A stretch of DNA of 64,000 nucleotides from Candidatus Poribacteria bacterium. GTDB lineage: Bacteria > Poribacteria > WGA-4E > WGA-3G. The notes under the pieces were generated by a model, which saw only the letters and a program-made list of their open reading frames with translations, made no database searches and was not told where the DNA came from. The stretch lies in contig OZ251518.1 in NCBI GenBank assembly GCA_965242965.1, positions 4,320,001 to 4,384,000 of the forward strand. Reading direction: 5' to 3'. The position numbers and the translations under genes are program-made. This document shows positions 29,767 to 39,840 of the stretch, piece by piece (the stretch's first letter is position 1; each line of letters begins with the position of its first letter).

Positions 29767-30219
29767 ATGGAAATAATTCTCAAAAGAAACGTTGAAGGAC
29801 TCGGCGTGCCGGGCGATGTCCTGAAGGTTGCAGACGGCTATGCACGCAACTACCTCTTGCCGATGCAGCTGGCGGTGCATGCAACCGAACGGAATCGGAA
29901 GCAGCTGGTGCACGAGAAACGGCTCATCGATCATCAAGTCTCGAAGGACCGGGAAATCGCCCGCGAAATCGCCGGGCAAATCGCCGGCGTTACGTGTAAC
30001 CTCCGCAGACGCGCCGGTGAAAATGACCGGCTTTTCGGCTCTGTCACCACCACCGATATCGCCGAAGCATTGCGCGCCGAAGGCTTTGAATTGGAACGCC
30101 GCGTCTTTGACATGGGCGAACCGATTCGCGAACTCGGCGTATTCATGGTGCCGGTGAAACTACACGCAGATGTCGTCGTTGAACTGCGCGTTGTGGTTGA
30201 ACGCGAAAGCGAAGAATAA
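29767..30219 (+). CDS. rplI: 50S ribosomal protein L9
   Basis: VADGYARNYLLP, RLFGSVT..DI, PIRELG. Confidence 0.96.
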   Translation: MEIILKRNVEGLGVPGDVLKVADGYARNYLLPMQLAVHATERNRKQLVHEKRLIDHQVSKDREIAREIAGQIAGVTCNLRRRAGENDRLFGSVTTTDIAEALRAEGFELERRVFDMGEPIRELGVFMVPVKLHADVVVELRVVVERESEE

Positions 30220-30260
30220 CGCTGCGTCTTTGATGTTGTGATGAAACGCTCGGGTGAAAT

Positions 30261-31595
30261 ATGCAGGCTGAACCGGTTGAAACTCTTGCCGACACGGAAG
30301 CAGAACGCGCGGTGCTCGGCGCGATGATGACAGAGAAAGCCGTTATCCCGCGCGTCATCGCACTGCTCGGGCATACGTCCGATGCCTTTTTCACGACAGA
30401 CCATCAGCTCATCTACACTGCAATCCTTGAGGTTTATGAGCGCGTTAGCAACGCAGATCCGCTCCTCGTTGCGAATGAACTGAACCGCACTAACCAGTTA
30501 AACCGCACCGGTGGCGCGGACTATCTCTACGAACTGCAAGCACCTATCGTAGAGACAGAAAGCACGGAGTTCTACGCCGAGATTCTGCACGAGAAGGCGA
30601 CGCGCCGCCGCCTCACGCAGGCCAGTTCACAGATTCGGGAACTCGCGATGGACGAAGATGTGGAGTTGTCCGATGTCATGAACCAAGCGCAGGAGGCCGT
30701 TTTCGAGTTAGGGCAAACGGACGCGCAACGCGGGTTTACACGCATCCGGCCCCTGCTCACACAAAGCATCGACGAAATTGAGAAGCTGTTCCACAAAAAG
30801 ACACGGCTCCTCGGCGTTCCCACCGGTTTCATGGATTTCGATCTGATGACATCCGGGTTGCAGCCCGGCAATTTCATCATCATCGCCGCGCGGCCGAGTA
30901 TGGGAAAGACAACGTTGGTGCTGAATATCGCGCAGAACATTGCCCTGGAACAGGAGAGTCCTGTCGCCATTTTTAGTCTTGAAATGCCTGCGCAAGACAT
31001 TGTGATGCGGATGCTCTCCGCCGAAGCGCAGATAGATTTCGGACGACTCCGAACCGGCAACTTCAGCGAAGATTATTGGCGGCCCCTCACCGAAGGCGCA
31101 AGCCGACTCGCCGAAGCACCTATCTTGATTAACGACAACCGCGGGCTCACGGTGCAGGCATTGCGCGCCGAAAGCCGGCGGTTGAAAGGCGAACATGAAA
31201 ACCTCTCCCTCATCATTGTTGACTACCTGCAGCTGCTTAGAGGAACGGGCCGCTATAATTCCCGTGAGCAGGAGATCTCGGAAATCTCGCGTTCCTTGAA
31301 GGTGCTTGCATGGGAATTAAATGTCCCCATCATCGCCTGTTCGCAACTGAGCCGCGAAGTGGAACGGCGGCCCGATAAACAGCCGCAACTCTCCGATTTG
31401 CGAGAGTCCGGGGCAATTGAGCAGGACGCAGACCTGGTCGCGTTCTTATATCGAGAGGACTATTATCAAGAAGATGAACAGGTGGACGACCGGGTTGAAG
31501 CGCATCTCCTCATTAAGAAACAGCGCAACGGTCCTACAGGTCCCGTCCCCTTATACTTCACCAAAAAGCAGATGCGGTTTGAGAATATCAATTAG
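30261..31595 (+). CDS. dnaB: Replicative DNA helicase
   Basis: AARPSMGKT, FSLEM, IVDYLQL, SQLSREVE, DLRESGAIEQDAD, KQRNGP; no intein. Confidence 0.97.
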   Translation: MQAEPVETLADTEAERAVLGAMMTEKAVIPRVIALLGHTSDAFFTTDHQLIYTAILEVYERVSNADPLLVANELNRTNQLNRTGGADYLYELQAPIVETESTEFYAEILHEKATRRRLTQASSQIRELAMDEDVELSDVMNQAQEAVFELGQTDAQRGFTRIRPLLTQSIDEIEKLFHKKTRLLGVPTGFMDFDLMTSGLQPGNFIIIAARPSMGKTTLVLNIAQNIALEQESPVAIFSLEMPAQDIVMRMLSAEAQIDFGRLRTGNFSEDYWRPLTEGASRLAEAPILINDNRGLTVQALRAESRRLKGEHENLSLIIVDYLQLLRGTGRYNSREQEISEISRSLKVLAWELNVPIIACSQLSREVERRPDKQPQLSDLRESGAIEQDADLVAFLYREDYYQEDEQVDDRVEAHLLIKKQRNGPTGPVPLYFTKKQMRFENIN

Positions 31596-31612
31596 TAGCC
31601 TCTGCAGGACTT

Positions 31613-32437
31613 ATGGACCATCATTCCTCCACAGACGAACGCTCAGGCGGATTCGGAATTCTGCTCAAAAACCGATTGCACGACACGCTTTCCGAGATAG
31701 GACAGGCGTGGACGCTGTTTTTTCAGACGCTCGTTCAGATTTTCCGGCCGCCACTTCAGTTAGAGCTGCTGATGAAGCAGCTGCTGCTCATCGGCTTCAA
31801 TTCGTTGTCTGTCGTGCTAGTATCGGGATTTTTCACCGGGATGGTATTGGGTATCCAAGGCTACATTCAGTTGAAACCTTTCGCCGTGGAGGGCTCAGTC
31901 GCGCGGTTCGTTTGTGTATCCGTGGTGAAAGAACTCGGTCCGATGATTACGGCGTTTGTGCTTGCCGGGCGCATCGGTGCGTCAATTACGGCGGAACTTT
32001 CAACCATGAAGGTGACAGAGCAAATCGACGCGTTGGAGGTGATGGGCACCAATCCGGTAAAATATCTGGTTGTGCCGCGGTTCCTTGCATGCGCCATTAT
32101 GCTGCCGACGTTGACGATATTTTCAACGTTCGCGGGCATCGGCGGCGGTTTCATCGCCGTGGTGTCCCTGTTTGATGTCAACGGCTACTTCTTCCTATTG
32201 GAAGTCCAAAGGAATCTGTTCGTGGCGAGTGTCCTCGTCAGTCTCATCAAGGCGACTTCGTTCGGGATGGCGATTGCCGCTGTCGGGTGTTACAAAGGTT
32301 TTAGCATATCAGCCGCGGGCGGCGCGGAGGGTGTCGGTACGGCGACGACCGGCTCTGCCGTTATCTCGCTGATAGCCATCCTGGTCCTCGATTTTGTTTT
32401 GAACCACGTTCTGTTTAACATTTTGGGCTGGGTTTAA
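31613..32437 (+). CDS. mlaE: MlaE-family ABC permease
   Basis: KELGP..TA..LAGRIGA.ITAELSTMKVTEQIDALEVMG, GAEGVG.ATT. Confidence 0.92.
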   Translation: MDHHSSTDERSGGFGILLKNRLHDTLSEIGQAWTLFFQTLVQIFRPPLQLELLMKQLLLIGFNSLSVVLVSGFFTGMVLGIQGYIQLKPFAVEGSVARFVCVSVVKELGPMITAFVLAGRIGASITAELSTMKVTEQIDALEVMGTNPVKYLVVPRFLACAIMLPTLTIFSTFAGIGGGFIAVVSLFDVNGYFFLLEVQRNLFVASVLVSLIKATSFGMAIAAVGCYKGFSISAAGGAEGVGTATTGSAVISLIAILVLDFVLNHVLFNILGWV

Positions 32438-32448
32438 CATGTTAGGTT

Positions 32449-32681
32449 GAGGGTGTTTCATAAATCGTTCAACGTCGCGGGGACAGGCCCCCGCGCTACG
32501 GTGAGAAAAACGCCGCCCCTTCAAGTAGGGCGAGGGCCTGTCCCTCGCCATGCGTTTGGCTGTCGGCCGCATCACCCCTGTAGGTCAGGATCGCCTGATC
32601 CTGACCCGTTCGGGATCGGGCGATCCCGAACTACAGACGTGGGCCCGATGTCTTACCGAAACGGAGTTATGAAACACCCTC
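32449..32681. mobile_element. TIR-bounded non-autonomous element E3
   Basis: GAGGGTGTTTCATAA...TTATGAAACACCCTC with perfect 10-bp duplication ATGTTAGGTT (32439-32448, 32682-32691). Confidence 0.92.
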
Positions 32682-32695
32682 ATGTTAGGTTAGTT

Positions 32696-33508
32696 ATGAT
32701 TGTTGTTAAGGATATCTGGAAAACTTTCGGCGGCAAAAGCGTCTTAAACGGGCTGAGCCTTGAGATACCGCGCGGCGAAACCCTCGTTATCATGGGCAGA
32801 AGTGGCTGCGGCAAGAGCGTCCTGCTGAAAATTATCACTGGGCTCATCGCAGCGGATGCTGGCGAGATATGGTTTGACGGCACCGAAATCTCGAAACTCA
32901 AAGCAAAGAAACTGAACGCAATTCGCAGGAAAATCGGGATGCTGTTTCAGTCCGCTGCGCTGTTTGACTCAATGACTGTAGCGGAAAACATCGCTTTTAT
33001 GTTGGACCAGCACACGAAACTCACGCCGGCCGAAATGCGGAAGGTTGTCGATGAGAAACTCAGCCTCGTCGATTTGGAAGGCGTTCAGGAGTTGCGGCCG
33101 GCGGAATTGAGCGGCGGGATGCGCAAACGCGTCGGCTTGGCGCGCGCTCTCGCCTTTAACCCAGAAGTCGTCCTTTACGATGAACCGACAACCGGACTGG
33201 ACCCGGTTACGTGCAACGAAATTAATCAACTCATTCGCGACTTGCACGAGAAACTGCAAGTCACCTCTGTCGTCGTGACGCACGACATGCACAGCGCGTT
33301 CAGCGTTGCAACGCGGATGGCGATGATTCATGAAGGCAGACAGATTGCCTACGGCCGCCCGGATGAGATTCTTAACAACGATGATCCGATTTTGCAGCAG
33401 TTCGTCCTGTTTGGTGCGCCAGATCAGATTCTCAACATGGAAAATCCGGTCCTGCAAGAATTTATCGGTAGGCGTGACCTCGGCGCACACGGAGAAATCG
33501 CTTTATGA
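32696..33508 (+). CDS. mlaF: MlaF-family ABC ATPase
   Basis: GRSGCGKS, LFQSAALFDSM, LSGGMRKRV, YDEPTTGLDP; true start MIVVKD after element E3. Confidence 0.92.
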   Translation: MIVVKDIWKTFGGKSVLNGLSLEIPRGETLVIMGRSGCGKSVLLKIITGLIAADAGEIWFDGTEISKLKAKKLNAIRRKIGMLFQSAALFDSMTVAENIAFMLDQHTKLTPAEMRKVVDEKLSLVDLEGVQELRPAELSGGMRKRVGLARALAFNPEVVLYDEPTTGLDPVTCNEINQLIRDLHEKLQVTSVVVTHDMHSAFSVATRMAMIHEGRQIAYGRPDEILNNDDPILQQFVLFGAPDQILNMENPVLQEFIGRRDLGAHGEIAL

Positions 33509-35097
33509 AATTCTGGAGCCCATCTGTCAAAGTCGGCGCAATGCTTGTCATCGCCGCGATATTACTCGTCCTGCTCCTCACTAACGCAGAAAATTGGCCC
33601 TGGGCCACCTCCGGGGACGAAATGCGTTTTGAATTCAGCACCGTGAGTGGACTCTACGTCGGCGCAGGTGTCTACTTATCCGGTGTGTCGCTCGGGAAAG
33701 TGACAAGCATCAAATTACAGCCTGAAACCAATAACGTTGAAATTCGGGCGAAAGTTAAAAACGGCTTTCAGTGGCTCCGAGAAGGGTGTGGTGCCAGAAT
33801 CTCCATGAACGGGTTTGTCGGCGAGGTTTACATCGCGCTTGACAACGGCCCCATCGGGAACAGAACGTTAACGCCCGATGATTTGCCGATTATCGGGACG
33901 GACCCGGTGAACGCGCTGGAACTACTGGAGCAGACGAGCGCGGGCATGACGCAAGCCATAGAACTCACAAAAGCGGCGAACGAACTCCTGCAATCCAATC
34001 AAGAATCCATTGAACTCGGCATTAAAGAGATACGTGAACTCGTCGCGCTCTCGGCTCGAACCATCGAAAAACTCACCGTCGATTCGGAAGAGACTGTTAA
34101 CGCGCTGATGCAACTCGCGTTTGATAATGACAAACGTCTCCAGCAGACGTTCCTGAAAGCGAACCGCCTGCTCAGCCAATTGGAAGGCGATTCCCTGATG
34201 GTGAGCAGTCAAATTAGCGACATTTCACGAGAGCTGCTCAGGCTGATGAACCAGAATTCGCCAAAATTGGAGGGCATTTTAACGGACATCGCGACCAGCT
34301 CGTCGGAATTTCGGCAAATCACAAGGGAATTTCGGAACGACTTTGACACTTTGTCCAACGATATCTCCGGGCTCGTTGCGAAGGGAAGCACCGCGCTTGA
34401 AACAGGCGAGGCAAACATCACGCCGATTTTAGAGAACTTGCAGGCGACAACGGCGGCGTTCACGGCATTGGAAGAGAATATCAATCGGCTTTTGACGACA
34501 GTGCAAGAAGGCGAGGGCACCGTCGCGCAACTGCTCAACACCCCCGAACCGCTTGCGGACGCACGCCGCACGCTGAACAACCTCAACGAAACGATGACAG
34601 CGGTGCGCGCACTCTCGCAACAGACCGGAAAGCAGTTGAAAAGTTTTGAATTGCCGAAACTGGGGTGGGATTACGAACTCCGTTATTTGGGGCAAAGTTT
34701 GCAGGCAGACATCGCACCGGGGCTGCAGCGGCACCTGCATAATGAGTTCGCCTTCTCGCTTTCACCCCAACCGCACTCGCACTACCGCATCGGGTTAGGC
34801 GTTCGGAACGAGAAAATCGCTTATGAATTTCAATACGCCTATGATGTGACAGACTCCCTTCGGGCGCGCGTCGGGTTCATGCGTTCCAAAGTCGGCGCAG
34901 GACTTGAATTCTGGCTGTTATCACGGCGACTCGGCATTAACATTGAAGGCGTTGGATTGACAGGCGATGCGCCGCAATTGAATACTGAATTAGCCATTCG
35001 GCTTTTTCGGCACGGGGAATTGCTTTTCGGTGTAGAGAATTTGATAGACGAACGGCGTTGGACGAGCGGGTTTCGTTTCATTAATAGTGAGTGGTAA
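33505..35097 (+). CDS. MlaD/MCE-domain protein with long helical region and beta-rich C-terminus
   Basis: N-terminal TM, F..VSGL.VG..V.LSGV.LGKV, GEGTV.QLL. Confidence 0.88.
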   Translation: MKFWSPSVKVGAMLVIAAILLVLLLTNAENWPWATSGDEMRFEFSTVSGLYVGAGVYLSGVSLGKVTSIKLQPETNNVEIRAKVKNGFQWLREGCGARISMNGFVGEVYIALDNGPIGNRTLTPDDLPIIGTDPVNALELLEQTSAGMTQAIELTKAANELLQSNQESIELGIKEIRELVALSARTIEKLTVDSEETVNALMQLAFDNDKRLQQTFLKANRLLSQLEGDSLMVSSQISDISRELLRLMNQNSPKLEGILTDIATSSSEFRQITREFRNDFDTLSNDISGLVAKGSTALETGEANITPILENLQATTAAFTALEENINRLLTTVQEGEGTVAQLLNTPEPLADARRTLNNLNETMTAVRALSQQTGKQLKSFELPKLGWDYELRYLGQSLQADIAPGLQRHLHNEFAFSLSPQPHSHYRIGLGVRNEKIAYEFQYAYDVTDSLRARVGFMRSKVGAGLEFWLLSRRLGINIEGVGLTGDAPQLNTELAIRLFRHGELLFGVENLIDERRWTSGFRFINSEW

Positions 35098-35260
35098 GCG
35101 GAGCAGGATTTGCAGGATTTCCAAGATGTGCAATATGGTTTCGTTTTATTAACAGTGAGTGGTAAGCGGCAACCGGGGGGAGCGCGCGGTAGGAGGGACA
35201 TCCCTGTCCCGATAGGGTGAAAAATTGAGACCGGGAGGGCGCGCCTACGGGGATTAATGT

Positions 35261-36781
35261 ATGCCTATACGAAAGATTTTCTTCGGAGATAATTTACATA
35301 TATTGCGAAATTTTGAAGGGGGGGTCAGTATCATCTGCACGGACCCGCCTTTTAACAGCGGCCGCGACTATAACACGTTCCTTTCTGAATCGCAATCGCA
35401 GCGGACTGCGTTTGTGGATACGTGGACATGGGACGATGCAGCGCAAGACGCGAGGCGTGAGATAGCGCGCCTCGCGCGGGAATCGGATACCTACGCCGCC
35501 CTAAACGATGCCTTATACGGCTACGATTACGTCTTGCAGAAAGCGACGAGCGGTCCGCCGAGTGCGATGCGCGCGTATCTCGCCTTCATGGGGCCACGTC
35601 TCGTGGAGTGTCATCGTGTTTTGCATCCGACAGGAAGCATGTATCTGCACTGCGATTCAACGGCATCGCACTACCTGAAAGGGTTGATGGACGCTATTTT
35701 TGGCCTGTCGAATTTCAGGAATGAGATTGTCTGGAAACGCTATAGAGGGAAACGTTCAGGGGCGAAAACAAAATTCCCTGCTGTCACGGATACGCTGTTG
35801 TTTTACGTGAAGAGTAAAGATGCAGCGTTTGCATTGCCGTTTACGCCGTTAGATCCGGATTACGTAAGAAGAGTTTACCGGCATGATGACGGTGACGGTA
35901 AAGGGCTATACAGATTCGGCGGACGTATCCGGGATAGAAAATACTATCTCGCTAATAGCCGCGGTGTGCCAACTACGAATCTGTGGGACGATGTTCCGGA
36001 ACTCAATGGGACGAATCCCGAACGCCTCGGTTACCCGACACAGAAGCCTCGCGCATTATACGAACGAATTATTGAGGCATCGTCAAAACCGGGGGATATC
36101 GTGCTGGATCCGTTTTGTGGCTGCGGGACGACGATTGATGCGGCGGAGACGTTGAATCGGCAATGGATAGGGATTGACATCACGCTTCTCGCGTTGGATC
36201 CGATGCAGAAACGGCTGCGCGAGCGGCATGGACTTGAACCGTCCGTTGATTATGACATCGCGGGCTATCCGACGAATATGCAGGAAGTGACGCTGCTAGT
36301 GCGCGATCAGAAGAAATATCACGACTTCGCCAATTGGGCAGTGACGCGCATCGGGCTTGAACCGACAGCCAATAGCGGCGATGGCGGGTTTGATGGCACC
36401 GGCACCGTGAAGGTATGGAATCCACGGAACCAGAAATCGCGAAATACGCGCGTTATCGCCGAGGTGAAAACAGGGAAACCGAATGTGTCAATGCTGCGGG
36501 CATTCTGCCATACTATCCGTGAAAGGAAGGCGCAAATCGGCATCTTCATCACATTGGAACCGGTCAGCGGTGGCATGAAGGCGATGCAAGAGGATATGGG
36601 AACGTTTCAACATAACGGCGTATCTTATCCGCGCCTCCAATTCTGGCAGATTGACGAAGGTTACTTTGCCAATCCAGAGTCGCTGAACGAGACGATACGG
36701 TTACCGTGGCGCATTGAATCGCGGTTCAAATCGGAACGGCATTTTAAAGATGAGCAGACGGAGTTTATGTTGAGAGGTTGA
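35261..36781 (+). CDS. Amino-DNA methyltransferase (beta order) fused to Mrr-like domain, paralog of 22645..24162
   Basis: DPPFNS, YPTQKP, DPFCGCGTT; GDGGFDG...AEVKTG. Confidence 0.9.
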   Translation: MPIRKIFFGDNLHILRNFEGGVSIICTDPPFNSGRDYNTFLSESQSQRTAFVDTWTWDDAAQDARREIARLARESDTYAALNDALYGYDYVLQKATSGPPSAMRAYLAFMGPRLVECHRVLHPTGSMYLHCDSTASHYLKGLMDAIFGLSNFRNEIVWKRYRGKRSGAKTKFPAVTDTLLFYVKSKDAAFALPFTPLDPDYVRRVYRHDDGDGKGLYRFGGRIRDRKYYLANSRGVPTTNLWDDVPELNGTNPERLGYPTQKPRALYERIIEASSKPGDIVLDPFCGCGTTIDAAETLNRQWIGIDITLLALDPMQKRLRERHGLEPSVDYDIAGYPTNMQEVTLLVRDQKKYHDFANWAVTRIGLEPTANSGDGGFDGTGTVKVWNPRNQKSRNTRVIAEVKTGKPNVSMLRAFCHTIRERKAQIGIFITLEPVSGGMKAMQEDMGTFQHNGVSYPRLQFWQIDEGYFANPESLNETIRLPWRIESRFKSERHFKDEQTEFMLRG

Positions 36782-36783
36782 TT

Positions 36784-37247
36784 GAGGGTGTTTCATAAAT
36801 CGCTCAACGTCGCGCTGACAGGCCCCGCGCTACGGTGAAAAAACGGTTCCTTCACCGTAGGGCGGTGGGAAAACCTGTCCCTCGCCATGCATTTGGCTGG
36901 CAGAATGCATCACCTCTGTAGGTCAGGATCGCCTGATCCTGACCCGTTTGTGATCAGGCGATCACAAACTACAGAAGGGGAAACACACATCGCGACGATG
37001 GTGCTCGCGGGGGACAGGCAACCGCACTACGAAAAAAAAAAACGGTTCTTAGGTCCGTAGGACCTTAATGTCTATAGCCCGCGCGATCGCGAAGAACCCT
37101 AAGGTCCTTTAGGTCCTTAATAGTCTTTGCCAGGGCCGCGTGTTTTTATTAAGGACCTAAAGGACCTTGAAAACGGGACGACACGGGCTGCTATAGACAT
37201 GTAGGACCTAAAGGACCTAAAACGCCATCGAAATATGAAACACCCTC
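36784..37247. mobile_element. TIR-bounded non-autonomous element E4
   Basis: GAGGGTGTTTCATA...TATGAAACACCCTC; flanks AGGTTGATT / AGGTTAATT (9 bp, 1 mismatch). Confidence 0.85.
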
Positions 37248-37388
37248 AGGTTAATTAACACCGGGCGTAGCAAGCGGTAGGCGGGACATCCCTGTCCCGA
37301 TAACACACGCATCGAGACCGGGAGGTCTCGCCTACAGGGATGCATCGAGACCAGAGGTCTCGCCTACAGGCGCGCGAAATGGAGAAAT

Positions 37389-38753
37389 ATGGCACGAGAA
37401 AAACGGAGATTTGTCTGTCAAGAATGCGGTTACGCAACACCGAGAGAGTTGGGACGTTGCCCAGGGTGCAAAAGTTGGCAAAGTTTCGCCGAAGAGGTAG
37501 AAGTTCCCGCATCCTCCTCAATGTCTCATCGCGGTATCGGGCAAACCACCAGTCGGCCGGAGCCTATCTCGCAGGTGACAGCGAGTGACGTGGAAAGGCA
37601 TCTCACCGGCATGGCAGAGTTCGACCGGGTGCTTGGCGGCGGCATTGTCCCTGGCTCCGTCATCCTTATCGGCGGCGACCCGGGCATCGGAAAATCGACG
37701 CTGTTGCTCCAAGCCAGTGATGCGCTCAGTCGGAATTACGGCGATGTGCTTTACGTTTCCGGTGAAGAATCGGTGAGCCAGACGAAACTCCGCGCAACGC
37801 GGCTCGGTGTATCTTCGGATACCCTCTACGTGCTTTGCGAAAATAATTTGGACCAGGTCGAAAAGCATATTAAGACATTCGGTCCGAAAGTTGTCATCAT
37901 TGATTCAATTCAGACGGTGTATTTGCCGAGTATCCAATCCGCGCCGGGAAGCGTCACCCAGATTCGTGAATGCACGGGGACGCTCCTTGCCACGGCGAAG
38001 AGCCAGAATCTACCTATTTTCCTCGTCGGGCATGTGACGAAGGAGGGGGCACTCGCCGGTCCTCGCGTTTTAGAACACATGGTAGACACGGTGCTTTACT
38101 TTGAGGGTGAACGGCACCACATCTATCGCGTGTTGCGTGCGAATAAAAATCGGTTTGGTTCAACGAACGAAATCGGCATCTTTGAAATGCAGAGCAAAGG
38201 TCTTGTGGACGTGTCGAATCCTTCCGAGCTCTTTCTCAGCAATCGGGAGGAGGAGGTATCGGGTTCTGTTGTCGTCTCCAGCATGGAAGGCACTCGGCCA
38301 TTGTTGATGGAAGTCCAGGCACTCGTCGTGCCGACGAACTATAGTAACCCGCGCAACACGGCAACCGGTGTTGACAGACACCGCATCGCGCTGCTCATCG
38401 CCGTGCTGAATAAACGGGTAGGCATCGACGTTGGCGACTCCGATGTCTTCGTTAACATTACCGGCGGCTTGCGCGTCGATGAACCTGGCATCGACCTCGG
38501 CGTGCTGATGGCCATCACTTCAAATCATCGGGATATTCCTGTGGACAAGCGCACCGTTGTCATCGGAGAAGTGGGGCTCGGCGGCGAGATTCGGCCGGTG
38601 ACGCATGTCGAAAGACGGCTCAGGGAGGCGGCAAAACTTGGTTTCAAACGGGCGATTTTTCCTGAATATAACCGAAAGGGATTGGAAATAGAGGAAGGAA
38701 TTGAGCTCGTCGGGGTGGGTGATGTCTATGATAGCCTGAGTGCGATTTTGTAG
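37389..38753 (+). CDS. radA: DNA repair protein RadA/Sms
   Basis: CQECG..CPGC Zn finger, GDPGIGKST, KNRFG. Confidence 0.97.
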   Translation: MAREKRRFVCQECGYATPRELGRCPGCKSWQSFAEEVEVPASSSMSHRGIGQTTSRPEPISQVTASDVERHLTGMAEFDRVLGGGIVPGSVILIGGDPGIGKSTLLLQASDALSRNYGDVLYVSGEESVSQTKLRATRLGVSSDTLYVLCENNLDQVEKHIKTFGPKVVIIDSIQTVYLPSIQSAPGSVTQIRECTGTLLATAKSQNLPIFLVGHVTKEGALAGPRVLEHMVDTVLYFEGERHHIYRVLRANKNRFGSTNEIGIFEMQSKGLVDVSNPSELFLSNREEEVSGSVVVSSMEGTRPLLMEVQALVVPTNYSNPRNTATGVDRHRIALLIAVLNKRVGIDVGDSDVFVNITGGLRVDEPGIDLGVLMAITSNHRDIPVDKRTVVIGEVGLGGEIRPVTHVERRLREAAKLGFKRAIFPEYNRKGLEIEEGIELVGVGDVYDSLSAIL

Positions 38754-38951
38754 GAGAAACGCATCGAGACCAGGAGGGCTCGCCTACCGGGCGGAGCGCG
38801 CCGTAGGAGGGACATCCCTGTCCCGATAGGGTGAAAAATCGAGACCAGGAGGGCTCGCCTACCGCTGCCCAGAACGTAGCGCGGGGGCCTGTCCCCCGCG
38901 ATCGTTGCTCGCCTACCGGAAGAAGAGGGAAAACGGATGCGATGGACGCAG

Positions 38952-39656
38952 ATGAACAGCAAAATATGCACCCTTATTCCGGCCGCAGGCGAGGGGAGCC
39001 GACTCAAAAGTGCCGTTAAAAAGCCGTATTTAGCATTGGCACAGAAACCAATCTTAACGTATACGGTTCAGCGATTTGAGCAAAATACGGCAGTAGACGC
39101 AATTTTTGTGATTGTCAACGAAACAGATTTTGAACTCTGCCGCGCGACTGTTCTCGCACCTTACGCGTTTCAGAAGGTGCAATCGCTTGTCGCCGGTGGT
39201 GCAACGCGGCAGCAGTCTGTCCACAACGGCATCCGTGCCCTCCCGGCGGATGCGGATTTTGTGATTGTCCACGATGGCGTGCGTCCGTTTGTAACCGATG
39301 AAACGATTTTCGCGTGCCTTGACGCGGCGGCAGAATGGGGTGCAGCGGTGGCAGCCGTGCCTGTCAAGGAGACGATTAAAATCGCGAACGCGGAAGACTT
39401 CATTGTTGAGACACCGCCTCGCGAATGTCTCTGGACGGTGCAAACGCCGCAAGTCTTTCGGAAATCACTGCTGGAGGAAGCGCATCAAATCGCAGCAGCG
39501 CAGCAACTCACAGCAACCGATGATGCCGCCCTCGTTGAACAACTGGGGTATCCCGTTAAGTTGGTGAACGGTAGTTACGCGAACGTGAAGATTACGACAC
39601 CGGAAGATCTGCGTATTGCGAACGTTCTTCTAGAGGAACCTGGCCAAAGTTTGTAA
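38952..39656 (+). CDS. ispD: 2-C-methyl-D-erythritol 4-phosphate cytidylyltransferase
   Basis: PAAGEGSR, GGATRQQSV, VHDGVRPF, QTPQVF, NVKITTPEDL. Confidence 0.95.
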   Translation: MNSKICTLIPAAGEGSRLKSAVKKPYLALAQKPILTYTVQRFEQNTAVDAIFVIVNETDFELCRATVLAPYAFQKVQSLVAGGATRQQSVHNGIRALPADADFVIVHDGVRPFVTDETIFACLDAAAEWGAAVAAVPVKETIKIANAEDFIVETPPRECLWTVQTPQVFRKSLLEEAHQIAAAQQLTATDDAALVEQLGYPVKLVNGSYANVKITTPEDLRIANVLLEEPGQSL

Positions 39657-39838
39657 GAAAAGACTAACGTCTTTTCGGCCTGAAAAGACAGCCTCGCTTC
39701 ACCAAACGAACGTGAACAACCGCTAGGAACAACAAAAGCATCTGGCCAAAGTTTGTAAGAAAAGACAACGTCTTTTCGGCCTGAGAAGACAGCCGCGCTT
39801 CACCAAACGAACGTGAATAACCGCTAGGAATAACAAAA
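39640..39838 (+). repeat. About 102-bp tandem duplication spanning the ispD stop to the ispF RBS
   Basis: CTGGCCAAAGTTTGTAAGAAAAGAC...CCGCTAGGAA(C/T)AACAAAA at 39640 and 39742. Confidence 0.92.
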
Positions 39839-39840
39839 AA

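Noticed and set aside
30261-31595. Intein in DnaB
   Set aside because: Normal length of 444 aa and contiguous motifs
32447-32695. 83-aa N-terminal extension of the MlaF ATPase (similar extensions at 45237, 50224, 57305)
   Set aside because: Open frame through an inserted element or REPs; family homology starts at the downstream ATG
32981-32991. 11-nt match of the putative omegaRNA guide within mlaF
   Set aside because: The mismatch falls in the 5' seed end of the guide, and a match of this length could be chance
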